A DNA stretch of 64,000 bases from Marsupella aquatica (Eukaryota; Plantae; Marchantiophyta). The stretch is taken from positions 9,350,184-9,414,183 of the forward strand of contig OZ316895.1 in the NCBI GenBank assembly GCA_973895155.1, given 5' to 3'. The position numbers and the translations under genes are program-made. Below the pieces are notes generated by a model. The model searched no databases and had not been told where the DNA came from. It saw only the letters and a program-made list of their open reading frames with translations. Each line of letters opens with the position of its first letter. Positions within the stretch are counted from its first letter, which is position 1. Of this stretch, positions 61,801-64,000 are shown one piece after another.

Positions 61801-63633
61801 CACTCGTGCCTCATGCGTTGGACAATCTAACAGTAGCGAGAGGCATACCGAGTTAGGAACTGCAATGATGATGCCATGGAAAGGAGTGTTGAGTGATCAA
61901 CATAGAATCATGTCCACTTCTTACTTAGTGGCAGCAAAAGGTTGAGAAAATTGTCACGATTATTTTGTCATCAGATCAACTTGCCGAGAGAGATTTAGTT
62001 ATTATTCAATTGAAACACAATTCAGAATGCGGGTGGCGGTTACTCAGGGTAAAAAACGGAAGGTGGGCCTCCTACTAATTGAACAATCTGTTGCCTAGGG
62101 TAAATAAAATGGTTATTTTTCAAACTTTTTTACATCAAGGTTTACGGCATCGCGTACTTAATTTTACCAAAATCATGCCACAGACACAAATGTTGAAGCA
62201 ATTTTATTTTGTAAACCAATTTGTACCTGTTTGCAGCGCGTCTCAATGATGTGGCGCATTGTGGAGTCTCAAATTCTGGAAAGGACCTCTAGTGGGGTCC
62301 GTAAAAACCTTACAAAATAAGTTGCTCTAGACCTTAACTCCTAAGACATACAAAATTGACAATGAGGTTCAATAATGTCAAAATTTTGACAATGAGATTC
62401 AATAAGGTCAAATTTTTTAATGAGTATGTACAAAAGCTACATTAACACTAAAAAGATAAAAGTGAAATGAGTATGGACAAAAAAAAGTGAAATGAGTATG
62501 GAAAAAAACAAGTATGGGGCAAAGACTAACCAAAATAGTATATACATTTTATTGTGCAATATTTTTCTTTATATTTATTTATTCGGGGGCTAGTATCAGC
62601 GCTTGCTGACTGACCCGCCGTTTCACCAGGCACGACGGTAACGCCAATGCACGGCACCGTACCATGCACCGCCGTCCATGTCCCTTCTCGTCGTCCGGCA
62701 GAACGGAACCGGATAGCCGGATACTTTGACGGCACCGAATTGGAAGCGCAGGGGACAAGCGTCCAGCCGTCCAGGCGAGCGACTGAATAGGCGTGGCGAG
62801 AACGCCAAAATACAAACAACAGGAGGGACGAATCACCCACGCACGATGTAAAGGCGGAGGACACCAGCAGCAGAGGGCTATGGCGGTCAATTGCACACGA
62901 GGAGGAGGCGGAAGAGGAGGATTTTCTTCGCCTTCTGCTTCGTCTTCTCTTCTGCTTTGTCTTCTGCTTCTTCATCTGATTAGTTAAGAGACAACGAGCT
63001 CTGTCTCATTGCATCCATTCCGGCATTTGCTCGGCTGGCGGACGGGGCTGGCTGGCTGGAAGGTTCGCAGCCTGCTAGTGTCTTGATGCAGCAGAGTGCA
63101 GAGTGCGTCGTTGCAGCACGGCTTGCAGGGTGGAGAGCAGTGAAGCGATCCATACCCATCGCTTGTCGGTGTTTTTTCGTATCTCGGACCGACGGCTTTG
63201 CGTGGGCAGTGGTGGTGTGGTTGCTGATTTGATTCGCCGGTTTCCAGAGCCTTGTGAGCAGGAGGCCTTTTTTCTCGATCGATCCTCTTCTCGGCACATG
63301 TGTGCTTGGCATTGCGTTGGTTCGTACATACGGACGTAGGTAGGAGGAGGAGGGGAAGGAGCCGGGAGGAGGACGTGGTTTGTTGGACGAGTTAGTTGGA
63401 AGTTACCTCGAGGAAATGCCGCGGAATTGACGCTTTACCGGAGAGGATTGGTGGGAAGTGCTTTTTCAAGGGCTGGAATTGGAGGGCGTGGCGCACTGAC
63501 GATGTGAGGGCTCTGGGGGAAGAAATTGTGATTCAGCGTGAGGAAAGAAGAGAGAAAGGTGAGAGACAGAGCGCAAGCGCGAAGGACGACGAGGAGCGAG
63601 GACATAATTTGGAGGCAACGTCGCAACGGAAGG

Positions 63634-64000
63634 ATGAATTTCTTGAGATCGGGGTTGTTCAGTGACGTAGAAAGCAGGGCTTCGTCGGACGTGCCAACCG
63701 AGACCGGACAGGAAACCAGCGACGATGGAGAGAACGAGGGGGCTTCCCTTACTGCGAGTGGGGGAGGAGGATGGAGTTTCGGCAACCTTGTGAAGTCGCT
63801 GGGCAAGGTGTCAGGGGAGGTGTTGCAATCGTACAAGCAGGATTTGAGCGAGTTTGCGGATGGTCTAAAGAAAGAGTCTGAGATCGTCGCCGGGGTCACC
63901 GTCCATGCCGTAAAGGACCTTCCCCACACGTTGGAGACGAGTGCTGTCGTCGCGCAGGAGTCCTTGGAGTCGGTAGGGCAAAGTTTAGAGGAATTTGGAG
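63634..64000 (+). CDS. BSD domain-containing protein, N-terminal part (runs off the window)
   Basis: MNFLRSGLFSD...GGGGWSFGNLVKSLGKVSGEVLQSYKQDLSEFADGLKKESE...VAQESLESVGQSLEEFG is open to the window end and matches the conserved N-terminus of plant BSD proteins (MNFF.S, WSFG.L.K, Y..DL.EF..GLKKE). The BSD domain itself lies outside the window. Confidence 0.85.
   Translation, partial: MNFLRSGLFSDVESRASSDVPTETGQETSDDGENEGASLTASGGGGWSFGNLVKSLGKVSGEVLQSYKQDLSEFADGLKKESEIVAGVTVHAVKDLPHTLETSAVVAQESLESVGQSLEEFG

Noticed and set aside
62526-63929. Several 60-164-aa ORFs near the window end
   Set aside because: GC-rich promoter/5' UTR and antisense of the BSD CDS.

Overview
Eukaryotic nuclear DNA from a non-flowering land plant, most likely a bryophyte such as a liverwort. 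This is inferred from a BK/Slo-family K+ channel gene, CRE-type retroelements and a bryophyte-type Gypsy accessory ORF. Four host genes could be built by hand: an intronless ankyrin-repeat/PGG transmembrane gene (21556-23727, -), a 6-exon plastid OEP16 gene (26684-28850, -), a 16-exon BK/Slo-family K+ channel (46320-56649, -, 1148 aa) and the 5' end of a BSD-domain protein gene (63634-end, +). There is also a calmodulin-like EF-hand pseudogene fragment. The rest is transposon- and repeat-rich: two tail-to-tail CRE non-LTR copies, a decayed L1 LINE, a short-LTR non-autonomous copia-type element with a half-tRNA-Ile primer site, a Gypsy accessory ORF, several MITE families and many tandem repeats. 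The most interesting signals are the Slo channel's missing Ca2+ bowl and charge-poor S4, an inosine-derived G in a primer-binding site, a ~70-bp promoter-like module shared between two unrelated loci, and CpG-decayed copies of the BSD promoter. All coordinates and alignments were read by eye; no database searches were run.
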